Origin: an uncultured Chloroflexia bacterium
Lineage (GTDB): Bacteria > Chloroflexota > Anaerolineae > Anaerolineales > UBA11579
Assembly: GCA_963722735.1 (NCBI GenBank)
Contig: CAVROH010000012.1
Span: forward strand, 103,735-167,734
Direction: 5' to 3'
Length of the DNA stretch: 64,000 bases
The position numbers and the translations under genes were made by a program. Under the pieces are notes generated by a model. That model saw only the letters and a program-made list of their open reading frames with translations, made no database searches and was not told the DNA's origin. Shown in pieces: positions 1 through 9,701 of this stretch (positions are counted from its first letter, which is position 1; the number at the start of each line of letters is the position of its first letter).

Positions 1-534
1 CTGTAGGCCGGTAAAGGGCTGGTGCAGTTCGGTCTCCTCCAATGGGATGTTGACCGGGACGGTCAAACTGATCGGGATCTCTGTATCCACCGGGACGGAA
101 AGGTCCAATCTGACGGGAAGACGGGTTCCCTTGGGGAGCACAATATCTGTCGGCGCGGAGCGGATGTTCAGCCCGCCGGTATTCATCGTCACCGTGGCGC
201 CTTTGATCTCCGTGTCCTTGGTCAGCACCACGACGGTATTCTGCGTCAGGGGGAGGTCAAACTGCACCGGGATGGTGTCTTCCACCGTGACGGTGGTCTC
301 GATGGTGGCCTGGTCCATGAGGACGAAATTGTAATACAGACCGCCGATGAACTTATCGGTGAGGATCGTGTTGATCGTGTTCAGCTTGCCCAGCAGGACG
401 AATACGATGATCAGCAGGATAAAATTCATCAGGATCGACAGCCCGGCGCCGACACTCCAATACGCCGGCAGCACGCGTTCCCGCCAGATTTGACCGGAGG
501 GGGATTTGCGGGAGGCGTCTGGTTTTTTATTCAT
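1..534 (-). CDS. hypothetical membrane-anchored protein, 3' end outside the window
   Basis: The minus-strand frame is open from nt 534 to the window edge, so it is absent from the ORF track. ATG at 534-532 is preceded by an in-frame TGA (555-553). The N-terminus MNKKPDASRKSPSGQIWRERVLPAYWSVGAGLSILMNFILLIIVFVLLGKL has one clear TM helix. The + ORFs 22..564 and 47..334 are its antisense shadows. Confidence 0.6.
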   Translation of the reverse strand, partial: MNKKPDASRKSPSGQIWRERVLPAYWSVGAGLSILMNFILLIIVFVLLGKLNTINTILTDKFIGGLYYNFVLMDQATIETTVTVEDTIPVQFDLPLTQNTVVVLTKDTEIKGATVTMNTGGLNIRSAPTDIVLPKGTRLPVRLDLSVPVDTEIPISLTVPVNIPLEETELHQPFTGLQ

Positions 535-663
535 ATCAATCTGCCTTACCGATCAAGGTTGTAAGTCTCCTGTAGCGTTTTCCGGGCTGATACAAAGTAT
601 CATGGAGGTAAAGACTTAAATATTCGAGGCTTTTCCAACACCGTTACTATACCGTTCGCCGTA

Positions 664-723
664 ATGATGTTTACATCATGAAGGCGAAGGGTTAGATAAT
701 CGAGAACATCGTTCTCGATTATC
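664..723. promoter_or_regulatory. two perfect inverted repeats in an AT-rich divergent intergenic region (candidate operator sites)
   Basis: ATGATGT-TT-ACATCAT at 664-679. GATAATCGAGAAC-ATC-GTTCTCGATTATC at 695-723 (13-bp arms, 3-nt spacer). Both lie between divergently transcribed genes (534 minus, 840 plus). Confidence 0.4.
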
Positions 724-839
724 AATATAGCACAGACAAAAGAAATCGGATACTTGGAGCGTCTATTAAATGAAGATAATAAGATAAATTTTATCAAAAT
801 AGGGCGGTTCTGTGGTAACATTTACCGCCGGAGGATTGT

Positions 840-2228
840 TTGATGACAGAAAAGCAGTATATTCCCCACCCGGTCGCGGTGATCGGTGCAGGACCGGCAG
901 GCGTGTTCGCCGCCCGCCATTTGGCGGATGCCGGTTTGCCGGTGGCTTTGATCAACCGGGATATCAGGCCCGGCGGATTGGCTGAATACGGCATCTATTA
1001 TGACAAATACAAGATGAAACTGGGTCTGCGCAAACAGTTCCAGCGGATCATTGATTCTCCCGGGATACATTATTTTGGCAACGTGAAGGTCGGCGAGCAT
1101 GGGGCGTTGAGCCTCTCCGATCTGAAAGAGATTGGCTTTAAGGGGATTATGGTCACTGTTGGGGCGCAGGGTACCAAATGGCTGGGGCTGCCCGGCGAGG
1201 AGCTGGACGGAGTCTATCATGCCAAGGACCTGGTGTATCACTACAACCAACTGCCGCCATACAGCACGCAGCAGTACCATATCGGTGAGCATGTCGTCCT
1301 GATTGGCGCTGGCAATGTGATGCTGGATATCGCCCGTTACTGCATCCGGGATTTAAAAGTCAAAACTGTCACCGCGGTGGTGCGCCGCGGCCCGGCGGAT
1401 GTGAAATTTGATAAGAAAGAAATGCAAGCCGTAATCCAGAACCTGAATCAGAATGCGCTGGATGCGGAGGTCCGCAAGGCAGCGCCGGTGATGGAAGCAG
1501 TCGGCCAGGATCCGCTGGCTGCCAAGGCATTCATCCTATCGGCGGTTTTACAGGCTGAGTTGACCGGGTCGCATACCGATTTCTCCTTCCGCTTCCTGGC
1601 AACCCCCAAAGCGATCATCGGCGACACGAATGGCAAGGTGACCGGGTTTGAGATTGAGCACACCACGTTAAAACTGCGGGAGGGGAGCAATGGCTCGGGC
1701 CGCACCAGCGCGATTGGGCTGGGGACCACCGAGGTGCTGGAGGCCGATACGGTGATCTTCTGCATTGGCGATACGGTTTCTTCTGGGTTGGGCCTGACGG
1801 TCGACCATTGGGGAGAGTACAGCAAGAATCCAACACCCGCCTACCCGGTGGAGGGCACATCCTACGAAGCCTATGATGACCAGCTCGATCAACCGCTGGA
1901 AGGAGTCTTCCTGGCGGGGTGGGCGCGCGAAGCCAGCAGCGGTCTGGTGGGTACCGCTCGCAAAGATGGGGAGAAAGGTGCCGAAGCGCTGCTAAATTAC
2001 TTGGAAACGCTGTCAGAGGAAACACACTCACAGTCGGCAATGACGCGGTTGGAGGAGGTGCTCTCAGCTCAGATCCCGCCTGCGGTGCGGAATGAGGATT
2101 TTCTCCGTCTGGCAGAGGCGGAAGCCACCCGGGCAGAGGAATTGGGGATCGAGGTCTTCAAGTTCAATACCAATGAAGAGATGTTCCATGCGATGGGGAT
2201 GATGGAGATATCCAGCAACCAGGAGTGA
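840..2228 (+). CDS. FAD/NAD(P)-binding oxidoreductase, adrenodoxin-reductase/FprA-like ferredoxin-NADP+ reductase family
   Basis: 462-aa ORF (TTG 840, ATG 843). N-terminal dinucleotide fold VAVIGAGPAGVFAARHL and a second Rossmann motif VVLIGAGNVMLDIARY. The overall layout matches FprA/AdR-type reductases from memory. Confidence 0.7.
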   Translation: MMTEKQYIPHPVAVIGAGPAGVFAARHLADAGLPVALINRDIRPGGLAEYGIYYDKYKMKLGLRKQFQRIIDSPGIHYFGNVKVGEHGALSLSDLKEIGFKGIMVTVGAQGTKWLGLPGEELDGVYHAKDLVYHYNQLPPYSTQQYHIGEHVVLIGAGNVMLDIARYCIRDLKVKTVTAVVRRGPADVKFDKKEMQAVIQNLNQNALDAEVRKAAPVMEAVGQDPLAAKAFILSAVLQAELTGSHTDFSFRFLATPKAIIGDTNGKVTGFEIEHTTLKLREGSNGSGRTSAIGLGTTEVLEADTVIFCIGDTVSSGLGLTVDHWGEYSKNPTPAYPVEGTSYEAYDDQLDQPLEGVFLAGWAREASSGLVGTARKDGEKGAEALLNYLETLSEETHSQSAMTRLEEVLSAQIPPAVRNEDFLRLAEAEATRAEELGIEVFKFNTNEEMFHAMGMMEISSNQE

Positions 2229-2262
2229 GATCGCCCCCAGCCGATTGATCATCATTAAACAA

Positions 2263-2290
2263 AAGAGCCTGATTTCAGGCTCTTATTTTA
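2263..2290. terminator. bidirectional intrinsic terminator between convergent genes
   Basis: 9-bp stem AAGAGCCTG / CAGGCTCTT (2263-2271 / 2276-2284) with a 4-nt loop. It is flanked by an A-run upstream and a T-rich tract downstream. Confidence 0.5.
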
Positions 2291-2827
2291 TTCCTCGTCG
2301 AGCTGGATGGCAGGTTTATCCTCTGCCTGATCCTCGGTCTCGTCTTCGCCGGGCAGCGGCGGGGGTGGGAACTCCCGCTTGTAGGGGATCATCATCAGGA
2401 AGCCGATCAAAATGACTGCCTCCCCGATCAGCACGCCGCGTGCCTGCCAGAATCCGAAATAAGTGTGGGTGGTGATCAACGGGCTGGTACCCAGTCCCAG
2501 GATGTCGGCCATGCCGGCGACAGCAGCCAGCACCCACCCGGACCAGGATACCCGCAGGCCAATATCGGCGGCAATCGACCGCCAGTGTGAGGGCCACAGG
2601 GAGTTGAGCGCAAACGTGCCTCCCACGGTGATCAGCAGCAGGCCGATGGTGAAGACCCCTACCTGGACGAATCCGACTGCTTCGCTGATGTCCAGCCCGA
2701 ACATCTGTGGCACTGCCCCGATCAGGAACAGCAGCAAACCAACGCCTGTGGCGATCAGGCCAAAGCGGCGAGAAAAGGTGTTGTTGATCGGTTTGGGGGT
2801 GAATTCTGGCTGCGAGTTATCGCTCAT
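2288..2827 (-). CDS. hypothetical polytopic membrane protein
   Basis: 179-aa ORF with about 4 hydrophobic helices and an acidic C-terminal tail. Its start overlaps the stop of the upstream dipeptidase gene (2824-2827). Confidence 0.55.
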   Translation of the reverse strand: MSDNSQPEFTPKPINNTFSRRFGLIATGVGLLLFLIGAVPQMFGLDISEAVGFVQVGVFTIGLLLITVGGTFALNSLWPSHWRSIAADIGLRVSWSGWVLAAVAGMADILGLGTSPLITTHTYFGFWQARGVLIGEAVILIGFLMMIPYKREFPPPPLPGEDETEDQAEDKPAIQLDEE

Positions 2828-3991
2828 ACGCTCTCCGGCAGGGCGGATTGTAACATGGTCAGCCAGTTCTTGCCAAAGATGGCGGTCAGGTCGGCATCGG
2901 TGTAGCCTTTGTCTGCCAGCATGGGGGCCAGCAGGTGCAGGTCGGAGATGGTTTTCAGTTCGTGGGGGACATGCTGCCAGCCAAAGCCGCCGTCGAAATC
3001 ACTGCCAAAACCGACATGCCGGGCATCTCCGGCTCGCTGGCAGTAATAATCGATCACCGCGGCGACCTTATCCAGTCCCACCAGCTCGCGGCGCATCCCT
3101 TTGACCCAGTTGGGGTCCAGGAAGCGGTTGAAAGGCACTGTACCGATGACTGCATCCCTTTCCAGGGCGGCTTCGATCAGGTCGTCCGGCAGGAAGCGGT
3201 TGCTCTCTTCTCTGGGGAGCAGGGCCAGCGGGTTGGCGTGGCTGGCAATCACCGTGCCCTCATATACGTCCAGGGCTTGCATGGCAGCGTACGGGTCCAT
3301 GTGGCTGATATCGAGAATAAAGCCGAGATCGCCCATCGCTTCCAGCAGGGCGTAGCCTTCTTTGGTTAGCGGGCCGGGTTCTCCGGTGCCGCCGCAGAAT
3401 CGGGTGCCGGCCCAGGCGGGACCGATGATCCGCACCCCGCCAGACCACCATTCCGGCAGCTCATCCACATTGCGGACGCCCTCAGCATTCTCCATCAGGA
3501 TCACCAACCCGACAGGTAAACCGCCTGGCTGCGTGGGATCGGCATCCGGGTCATCGAGGTCCGGGTCTTCGAGGTCGTTCTCGGGCGGTGAGGGCTGGTT
3601 CTCCCATTCCTGTAAATGGGTGGTAGAGCGCGGCCTGATCCTGGATCAGGCGGTATTTGTCGGGGTGATCGTCTGTCAGCTGGTGATAGGCGTCAAGTTG
3701 CTTGCGGTAAAGCTGGTGTGCCTCCTCCGGATTTTGGTAGCACTGGGTATCCCATTCACCAAGCTGCTTGTGCTTCGGGGCATTGAACAGGGTGGCGAAG
3801 ATTAGCGCCACCCTGCCTTGCTGGTAGTCCGGCCAGCCCAGCAGGGTATCGCCATTCAACCTGGGAGTCTCTGTCCCGGCTTCCATGGCGCGGGTCTCTG
3901 CCGCCGAACGGGTATAGTCGCGGCCAAAGGTGAGCATATTCCAGGCGAGGTCCTGGTGGGCATCGACAAGCAGAAGTCTGGATGGCTTCAT
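2824..3991 (-). CDS. membrane dipeptidase (peptidase M19), frame-interrupted near 3612-3625
   Basis: ORF 3551..3991 gives the N-terminus (LLVDAHQDLAWNML...). ORF 2824..3507, extended upstream in its own frame (HLQEWENQPSPP...LVILMENAEG...ISHMD...GFGSDFDGGFG), gives the rest. The two frames join with a one-base shift. Confidence 0.75.
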
Positions 3992-4032
3992 AAGAATGGA
4001 TCCTGGTATGGGACTGGCACCTGGTTGGCAGA

Positions 4033-5082
4033 TCAGCTGAGCAGGTAGGCGATGATCCAGTCGGTGGTGGCTCTGAGGGCATCGATGTGGGTGCGCTCGT
4101 AGCTGTGTGAGGCATCCACGCCCGGGCCGATCAGGGAGACGGCTACATCCCCGCCGGCACGCCAGAAGGCCTCACCATCTGAGCCGTAGTAGGGATAGAT
4201 ATCGATCTTGTGGGCGATGGCGTGTTTTTCGGCCAGTTGGCGCAGTCTTTTGTTCAGCGAGAAGTGGTACGGCCCGCCGGAATCCTTGACGCACAGGGTG
4301 GCGTGGAATTCATCCGAGTTTTGCCCATCGCCGAGAGCGGCCATGTCTACGGTGACCAGTTCGGCCATGTCCTCGGGGAAGCCGACCGAAGCGCCGTGCC
4401 CGACCTCTTCGTAATTGGAGAAGTGCAGGGTCACATCCTGGGCGGGTCTCAGGCCGGCATCGTGGAAGGCTTTGACGGCGGCGACGATGTTGGCAACGCA
4501 GGCTTTGTCATCCAGGTGGCGCGAGCGGATGAATCCGTTGTTGATTTCTACCCGGGGGTCGAAGGCGACAAAGTCGCCGACCTCGATGCCCAGGGCGCGG
4601 GTCTCTTTTTCATTGGATGTGCGCGCGTCCAGCCGGACTTCGACCACGTCGGCATTTCGTTCTGTTTTGGTTACATCTGCACCGTGTACATGGCTGGAGG
4701 ATTTGGTCAGCAGCAGCGAGCCGCGGATCTCTTTTTCATCGGCGGTGAAGATGGTCAGCCCCTCCCCTTCGACAGTGTTCCAGGCAAACCCGCCGATATT
4801 GGTCAGCTTGAGCCGTCCGTTGGATTTGATCTCCTTGACCATGGCACCGAGGGTGTCCACATGGGCGGTCAACCCGCGGGGTGTGTGACGGGCATCTCCG
4901 GGCCAATGGGCGACCAATGCGCCCTTGCGGGTGGCTTTGAGTTCAAGCTGGTCGAATTGTTTCAGGGTTTTGGATACCAGGGTGACGGCGTGGTGGGTGT
5001 ATCCGGTCGGGCTGGGGGTGTTGAGCAGCTCAACCAGAAAGCCCATCATGAAATCCTGGTCAAATTTAGGGAGATTGGACAT
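4033..5082 (-). CDS. M42 family metallopeptidase (FrvX/YpdE/PepA-like aminopeptidase)
   Basis: 349-aa ORF with LLNTPSPTGYT near the N-terminus, an AHVDTLG metal-ligand motif and NYEEVGHGAS. Confidence 0.8.
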   Translation of the reverse strand: MSNLPKFDQDFMMGFLVELLNTPSPTGYTHHAVTLVSKTLKQFDQLELKATRKGALVAHWPGDARHTPRGLTAHVDTLGAMVKEIKSNGRLKLTNIGGFAWNTVEGEGLTIFTADEKEIRGSLLLTKSSSHVHGADVTKTERNADVVEVRLDARTSNEKETRALGIEVGDFVAFDPRVEINNGFIRSRHLDDKACVANIVAAVKAFHDAGLRPAQDVTLHFSNYEEVGHGASVGFPEDMAELVTVDMAALGDGQNSDEFHATLCVKDSGGPYHFSLNKRLRQLAEKHAIAHKIDIYPYYGSDGEAFWRAGGDVAVSLIGPGVDASHSYERTHIDALRATTDWIIAYLLS

Positions 5083-5106
5083 AGGGTATTCCTTCTAGGG
5101 TATCGG

Positions 5107-6717
5107 TTAGGATTGGATTTTGTGCTTCTGGCGATAAAGTTCTATATCAGCCAGGGCGATCAGCGATTCTGCGGTCTGGGCGTCCTCCGGATAGCTGGCT
5201 GCACCGGCAGCGGCCTGCAGGTTGACCATTGTGTCGTGCTGGGGCCAGGGCATTCCCCAATTACTGAGATTATTACAGATCTTCTCGACGAGGATGGCGG
5301 CGCGTTCCTTCTCGGTCTCGGGCAGGATCAGGGCGAATTCATCGCCGCCATAGCGGGCGACAAAATCGGTATCGCGGGCGGAGTTCATCAGGCAGGCAGC
5401 TACCTCCTGCAGGGTCTCATCTCCTACCGGGTGACCAAAGGTATCATTTACTTGTTTGAAGCTGTTGATATCCATCATCACCAGGGTGAAGGGGTGCTCA
5501 TACCGTTTTGAACGGCGGATCTCTTCATCGAGGCGGTCATTGAACGCCCGGCGGTTGGCGAGAGCGGTCAGCGGATCGGTGATCGCCTGGTGTTTGACAA
5601 AGTCATGCAGGGAAGCGTTGTAGATTGCAATGGCGGCCTGGTCGCTCAACAGGCCCAGCAGCCGCAGTCGTTCTTCGGTGAATTCCTGTTTGGCGCGGTA
5701 GGCGATGTTCATCACCCCGACAGTCTGAGCGCCGGTCTTCAATGGAAGCCCGATGATCGAGCCTTTCCACCCGTTTTTAATCCATTCCGAGTCTTTATAC
5801 AACGGGTGAAGATCAACGCGTTCGATGGCCATGAATTTCCCCGTTGTGGCAACCGTATCGGTCAGCCCACCCTTGCGCACCTTCTTGTAAGCCGGGCCTT
5901 GTGTGTTATCCGCCCACAGGGAAGCGCCGTAGAGGATCTCGCCATCCTGGATGGTGAAGATATGGGCATCCAGCGCATCCGGGGAGAGCTGCAGGGCTGA
6001 TTGCAGAATCGCCTGGAAGACTTGCTGCCGGTCGAGGCTGGAGGTGAGCTTGATGCTGGCCTGGCGGATGATCTCCAGGTGGGCCGCCTGGCGTTTGGCT
6101 TCTTCCAGCAGGATGCCGCGTTCGAGGGCTATCCCGGCATGCTCGGCTATCACCTGGATGTTGGCAATCTCTTCGACAGTGAAATCGCGTTCAGTTGAGT
6201 TTTCGAAGACCTCGATCAGCCCGATGACCTTTCCCTGGGCTTCCAGCGGTAGCATCAATAGGGCGGAAGCGCCCAGACCTTTCATCACGAGGCGTTCGCC
6301 TTCATGCAGGGTGGGGTCCTTGATATGCAGCTTGACTGGTTTTGCGAAGCGCAGCACCAGTTCGGTGGTGGGGTAATCGGATGCCGGATAAGGCAGGAAG
6401 GATACGGGGGAGGCCAGGTCATCTCCCCGGTGGTATTCTGCCCATAAGGCGATGGTATTGTCCTGGCTGTCCCAGCGGGAGAAGGTGCAGACATCGGCTT
6501 CGGAGAATAGCACCACCTGCTGGGCGGCTACCTGGGCAACTTTTTGGGTACTAAGAGGGGAAGAGATGGCGGCGATTGCATCCAAAAGAGCCACAGGGTT
6601 GCCGGGCTGCACCTTTTCAGGGAACATGACCTCCTGCTCCCTGAGGTGTTTCTGTTTCAGGGGCTCGGTCTTCTTGATCGGTGCAGTCGGTCTTTCCGAG
6701 TTCTTCTGGGCAGCCAT
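5107..6717 (-). CDS. GAF-GAF-GGDEF diguanylate cyclase
   Basis: 536-aa ORF. The C-terminus has DPLTALANRRAF...MMDINSFKQVNDTFGHPVGDETL...ARYGGDEFALILPE (GGDEF active-site motif). Two GAF-like regions lie upstream. Confidence 0.85.
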   Translation of the reverse strand: MAAQKNSERPTAPIKKTEPLKQKHLREQEVMFPEKVQPGNPVALLDAIAAISSPLSTQKVAQVAAQQVVLFSEADVCTFSRWDSQDNTIALWAEYHRGDDLASPVSFLPYPASDYPTTELVLRFAKPVKLHIKDPTLHEGERLVMKGLGASALLMLPLEAQGKVIGLIEVFENSTERDFTVEEIANIQVIAEHAGIALERGILLEEAKRQAAHLEIIRQASIKLTSSLDRQQVFQAILQSALQLSPDALDAHIFTIQDGEILYGASLWADNTQGPAYKKVRKGGLTDTVATTGKFMAIERVDLHPLYKDSEWIKNGWKGSIIGLPLKTGAQTVGVMNIAYRAKQEFTEERLRLLGLLSDQAAIAIYNASLHDFVKHQAITDPLTALANRRAFNDRLDEEIRRSKRYEHPFTLVMMDINSFKQVNDTFGHPVGDETLQEVAACLMNSARDTDFVARYGGDEFALILPETEKERAAILVEKICNNLSNWGMPWPQHDTMVNLQAAAGAASYPEDAQTAESLIALADIELYRQKHKIQS

Positions 6718-6917
6718 CTCTCGTTTCGGTCAATCTTATTGCAACTAATCGGCAGTTCGCACGTATAGGTATTATAAGCGTGAAAGTACGGATTTTGATT
6801 AATCTTGCCAGGAATTTATTGACAATTTTGAAATGGGGTCCATTTTGAACTTGTACGGTCAAAAAAACCATTTCCGGGCCTGAAAGTGCCGGGACTACAG
6901 ATTTGGAGGCAAATATA

Positions 6918-7328
6918 ATGAGTGAAGAACACACCAACCGGGATAACAGCCTGCGGGATGAGTTCAGGGCATTGGGCGAAAATCTCAAATCGATCTTCAA
7001 TGCAGCCTGGGAAAGCGAAGAACGCAGAAAACTGCAAGAGGATGTTGAAGCCGGGATGCGCGAATTGGGCACGGCGATGAATGACTTCGCCGATGATATC
7101 CGGCACAGCCAGGCAGGCGAGACCATCCGCCGGGAAGCGAACGAGTTCCATGAGCGCGTGAAGAGCGGTGCGGTGGAAACTAAAGCGCGGGAAGAGTTTG
7201 TCAAGGTGCTTCAGGGGCTGAATATCGAGATCTCCAAAGCGGTGGACAAGATGTCTGGCACGGTGGAGGTTGAAGCTGATGATGCGCCTGAAGAACCAGA
7301 GGCGAAGGAAAGTAATTTGAGAGATTAA
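6918..7328 (+). CDS. hypothetical small acidic protein
   Basis: GGAGG lies 7 nt before ATG 6918, inside ORF 6903..7328. The product is helical, charged and low-complexity. I recognise no family. Confidence 0.45.
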   Translation: MSEEHTNRDNSLRDEFRALGENLKSIFNAAWESEERRKLQEDVEAGMRELGTAMNDFADDIRHSQAGETIRREANEFHERVKSGAVETKAREEFVKVLQGLNIEISKAVDKMSGTVEVEADDAPEEPEAKESNLRD

Positions 7329-7332
7329 CGAC

Positions 7333-7758
7333 CTAGGAAAGCTGTACCTGTTTATTGATGGTTTGTAACTTTTCATCTGTCACATACTTGAGCAGCTTTT
7401 TGTTCATCATCCTCTTCAATATATAATTGCGAGAGATTTTCGAACGCCCAAACTTTGGTAGGAAAAGGTCAACCACTTGTTCGAATTGAGAGAGGGCTAG
7501 AAGGTTTTTTCCAAGTTTCATGTTTGATACTGCCAGGTAGGACATAAGAACCAATTGGTCATTCAGATCATTCCTATAAGTGTTACAGGCAATTATTGCT
7601 TCTTCATATCTGCTAAGACTGTATAACTGATCTATCAAACTTCTAAGTGCCTCAGTTTTATCGAATCGAATAGCAATATCTAAATAGGTAGGGTCAATAT
7701 CTGGAGAGTTTAGTTCCTGGCAAAGATATACACCAATATATTCATCAATATCGGGCAT
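7333..7758 (-). CDS. AT-rich orphan protein (weak TPR-like helical character)
   Basis: 141-aa ORF in a conspicuously AT-rich segment. It lies tail-to-tail, 4 nt from the previous gene. I recognise no family. Confidence 0.45.
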   Translation of the reverse strand: MPDIDEYIGVYLCQELNSPDIDPTYLDIAIRFDKTEALRSLIDQLYSLSRYEEAIIACNTYRNDLNDQLVLMSYLAVSNMKLGKNLLALSQFEQVVDLFLPKFGRSKISRNYILKRMMNKKLLKYVTDEKLQTINKQVQLS

Positions 7759-7779
7759 CCAAACAGCTCTCCGTCTGAC

Positions 7780-7810
7780 TTGACCGAAATCTTGTTCCTC
7801 AGGTTATAAT
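7780..7810 (+). promoter_or_regulatory. sigma-70-like promoter upstream of the Nfu gene
   Basis: TTGACC (7780-7785), a 19-nt spacer and TATAAT (7805-7810). AGGAG at 7831 and ATG at 7843 follow. Confidence 0.4.
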
Positions 7811-7842
7811 GAGGTATCTACTCATCACAAAGGAGCGGAACA

Positions 7843-8093
7843 ATGGCAGCGCATAATCATCAGGTCGCCGATGACCACGAAAAGATGCAAGCCCTGATCG
7901 AGAACATCAGCGCCTATATTGAGCAGTACCATGGCGGTTGGGTCAAGATGATTTCATTCGACGGCAAGGTTTTGAAGGTTAAATTGGGCGGAGCATGTGA
8001 TGGCTGCCCCTGACCGAGACCACCCTGCAGGGTTGGGTTGCCGGTACGGTGCGCCAGTTCTTCCCGGATGTGGAGACGATCGAGGCGGCTTAG
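7843..8093 (+). CDS. NifU C-terminal-domain (Nfu-type) Fe-S scaffold protein, frame-interrupted at the C4 run 8007-8010
   Basis: MAAHNHQVADDHEKMQALIENISAYIEQYHGGWVKMISFDGKVLKVKLGGACDGCP runs into TGA at 8011. Adding one C restores ...GCPLTETTLQGWVAGTVRQFFPDVETIEAA*, the canonical GaCxGCP...TL motif. Both halves are under 60 aa, so the gene is not in the ORF track. Confidence 0.65.
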
Positions 8094-8280
8094 GCGAGAC
8101 TGGCAATAATGATAGAAACCTGATTTCTCATCCTTTAATTGTTTCGACAGAGATTCACCTTCCGCAATAAATTCGCGCAACAAAGCACGAACCTCCCTTC
8201 GGAGTTGAAGACGGGCGTATTTAGGTGCGCCGCAGGCGGACTTTTATTGTGTGGGTCGATTAAGTCGGCACAATACAAGA

Positions 8281-8517
8281 TCAGGGGTGAATCGTGTTGA
8301 GCACCGGTTCATAGGTGCAGATGCAGCCGCCGGGGCGGGAGCATTCCTCGCGGGGGAGTTCCGGGACGCTGTCCTTGTCGTAGGTGCCCTGGATGGTCAA
8401 GCCGAAGGGGCAGTCTTCCGGGGCGGCCAGGCGGATGGCGGAAACACGCGGATTCTCTTGCATACGTTTGAGCATCGCGGCTTTTTCTTTGGCTCGGTAG
8501 GTCAGATCGATTTTCAT
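8281..8517 (-). CDS. hypothetical small Cys-containing protein (78 aa)
   Basis: Internal ATG (8517-8515) of ORF 8281..8814 is preceded by GGAGG (reverse complement of 8523-8527). The longer version would overlap the tgt-like gene and its promoter region. Confidence 0.4.
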   Translation of the reverse strand: MKIDLTYRAKEKAAMLKRMQENPRVSAIRLAAPEDCPFGLTIQGTYDKDSVPELPREECSRPGGCICTYEPVLNTIHP

Positions 8518-8613
8518 TGGGGTTCCTCCGTGATGGCAAAAGCATGGTCGCTGCTTCAAATCATGCTTAGGTTTAGCTGAGATTATACTACTACTCGGTG
8601 CTACAATAGCGGT

Positions 8614-9701
8614 ATGAGCGCGATGAAAACTCTCTCCCTGGCACATGGCGAGCTTCAATTCCCCACATTCCTTCCCGATGCGACCCGCGGGGTGGTTCGG
8701 GGCGTCTCGGCGGAAGACCTGGCTGGGATCGGCACCCAGGCGCTGGTGATGAACACCTTCCACCTGATGCTCAAGCCCGGAGCGCTGGCGGTCTCCGACC
8801 TTGGCGGGCTGCACAAGATGAGCGGCTGGAGCGGCCCGATCATGACTGACTCAGGCGGCTTCCAGGCCTATTCGCTGATCCGGGAGAACCCCAAACACGG
8901 CAGTATCCACAATAAGGGGCTGACTTTCAAGCCGCAGGAGGGGACGCGCAAATACCAGCTCACCCCGGAGAAGACCATCCAACTGCAATTGGGTTTTGGC
9001 GCCGATATCGTCGTCTGCTTGGATGACTGCACCCATGTGGATGAGGAGGATGCCGCCCAGCAGGCGCCGTGGACCGCACGATCAGTTGGGCGAAGCGCTG
9101 CCGGACCGAATTCGACCGGCTGACCGAGGAGCGCGGCTTTGAGGCGGAGCGGATGCCGCGGCTGTTTGCTGTGGTGCAGGGCGGCGGGGATAAAAGTGAG
9201 CGGAAACGCTGCGCCGATGCCTTGCTGGAGATCGGATTTGATGGCTACGGCTACGGCGGCTGGCCGCTGGACGCCGAGTACCGCCTGCTGGATGAGATGC
9301 TCGGCTACGTGCGGGAATTGGTCCCGGCGGAGTACCCGTTGCACGCCCTGGGAGTGGGACACCCGGAGAATGTGGCCGCCTGCGCCCGGATGGGCTACCA
9401 GATGTTTGACAGCGCCCTGCCGACGCGCGATGCCCGGCGAGGACGGTTGTACACCTTCACCGGGCCGGACGGATTGCGCGGCGAGTGGTTCCGGGGGATC
9501 TATATCCACGATAAGGCGCATGTCCGCGATGCCGGCTCGATCTCCGATCACTGCGACTGCGCCACCTGCCGGACCTATTCGCGGGGATATTTGCAGCACC
9601 TCTTCAGGCTGAAGGACCACCTGTTCTACCGGCTGGCGACGGTGCACAATCTGCGCTTCATGCGCCTGCTGGAAGATCGGATGCGAGCGGAAAATGGATG
9701 A
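8614..9701 (+). CDS. tgt: tRNA-guanine transglycosylase (Tgt) family protein, frame-interrupted near 9065
   Basis: ORFs 8614..9123 and 9069..9701 join into one Tgt-like protein. Motifs: FPTFLPDAT, MTDSGGFQ, LHALGVGHP and the Zn site HCDCATCRTYSRGYLQH. A one-base deletion explains the shift. Confidence 0.75.

Noticed and set aside
22-564. Plus-strand ORFs 22..564 and 47..334 at the window start.
   Set aside because: The minus strand carries an uninterrupted frame with a convincing start and a TM helix. The plus-strand products look like antisense translations.
600-821. 73-aa minus-strand ORF in the AT-rich spacer.
   Set aside because: It has no RBS, it lies across the palindromes in a promoter region, and stop codons are simply rare over such a short span. 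Treated as non-coding.
4210-5511. Very long ORFs antisense to confidently assigned genes: 4210..5511, 8868..9743, 12134..13702, 18937..20028, 37419..38333, 41193..41942, 43237..44016, 45933..47048, 50533..51453, 54269..55012, 62088..62885, 62770..63534 and 63243..63959.
   Set aside because: They are typical high-GC shadow ORFs. Their products are Arg/Gly/Pro/Ala-rich and low-complexity, without recognisable motifs or RBS. Each lies opposite a gene with strong family signatures.
7914-8183. 89-aa minus-strand ORF overlapping the Nfu gene.
   Set aside because: It has a TTG start, no RBS and no recognisable motif. It is mostly antisense to a conserved NifU-domain gene.
8281-8814. Full 177-aa version of the small minus-strand ORF, and likewise the long N-terminal extensions of ORFs 14830..16188, 20893..21699, 26270..26731, 28773..29363, 43057..44046, 51845..53152 and 60786..62069.
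   Set aside because: In each case an internal ATG with a GGAGG-type RBS (or a -10 box) coincides with the start of family-conserved sequence. The upstream extension is low-complexity or overlaps a neighbouring gene.
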